Shown here piece by piece: positions 63,846-64,000 of a stretch of 64,000 nt of DNA; the first letter of the stretch is position 1; every line of letters starts with the position of its first letter. Origin of the DNA: Anaerolineae bacterium (GTDB lineage Bacteria; Chloroflexota; Anaerolineae; Anaerolineales; UBA4823); contig JBGOXS010000005.1 in assembly GCA_041479245.1 (NCBI GenBank), positions 1,932 to 65,931 on the forward strand, read 5' to 3'. The position numbers were made by a program, and so were the translations under genes. Under the pieces are notes generated by a model, which worked only from the letters and a program-made list of their open reading frames with translations, had not been told where the DNA came from and did no database searches.

Positions 63846-64000
63846 TTTTGGCTATAATCATACTAGCGGTTTAAAATATTTCTGCATGCTGCTTCTGCGG
63901 GATTGGTCATTTATTATTCCACTTCCGTAAGGTGACCAACCACCTTGCCTGGGGAGTATCGCCATGACATTAAAAGAAAAGGTTTTCTGGCACGAAACCG

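Noticed and set aside
1-64000. Search for tRNA, rRNA, tmRNA, integrase, transposase or reverse-transcriptase genes that would define classical mobile elements.
   Set aside because: I found no T-loop/acceptor-like sequences and no recombinase-like ORFs by eye on either strand. An absence judged by eye is not proof. tRNAscan-SE, Infernal and an HMM scan should confirm it.

Overview
Bacterial chromosomal window with moderate GC by eye. The protein repertoire looks Chloroflexota/Anaerolineae-like, but that is a guess. It is gene dense, and I found no rRNA, tRNA or CRISPR array. Content from left to right:

- **1-5 kb:** a five-gene two-component / c-di-GMP signalling cluster.
- **5-21.7 kb:** an accessory patch of small-molecule-modifying and resistance-type genes. 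These include a CDGSH Fe-S protein, a GIY-YIG gene bracketed by palindromic repeats, ANT(6) plus a truncated copy, CPBP proteases, SDR, GNATs, a methyltransferase, a thioesterase, DinB, GPP34, and a TetR-controlled ABC-2 exporter.
- **21.9-32.8 kb:** the most unusual part. This is a compact, co-directional phage-derived island encoding small and large terminase, GH25 lysin, portal, a holin-like protein, a protease-scaffold-capsid fusion and a CE4 deacetylase. No recognisable tail, integrase, repressor or replication genes are present. It is preceded by a near-consensus promoter that fires into a 163-nt element closed by a perfect 16-bp inverted repeat, and it contains 3 x 15-bp tandem repeats.
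- **32.8-64 kb:** mostly ordinary genes. These are a multicopper oxidase with a Gly/Met/Cys-rich insert, an APH-family kinase, an ECF sigma/anti-sigma pair next to a triple-repeat lipoprotein, a LacI-controlled Opp/Dpp-type ABC importer, a DEDDh exonuclease plus a catalytically degenerate paralog coupled to a heavy-metal P-type ATPase with Cys-rich inserts, an ADP-ribosylglycohydrolase, and two tandem MDR oxidoreductases.

All functional calls rest on motifs I can read in the translations. No database search was run.
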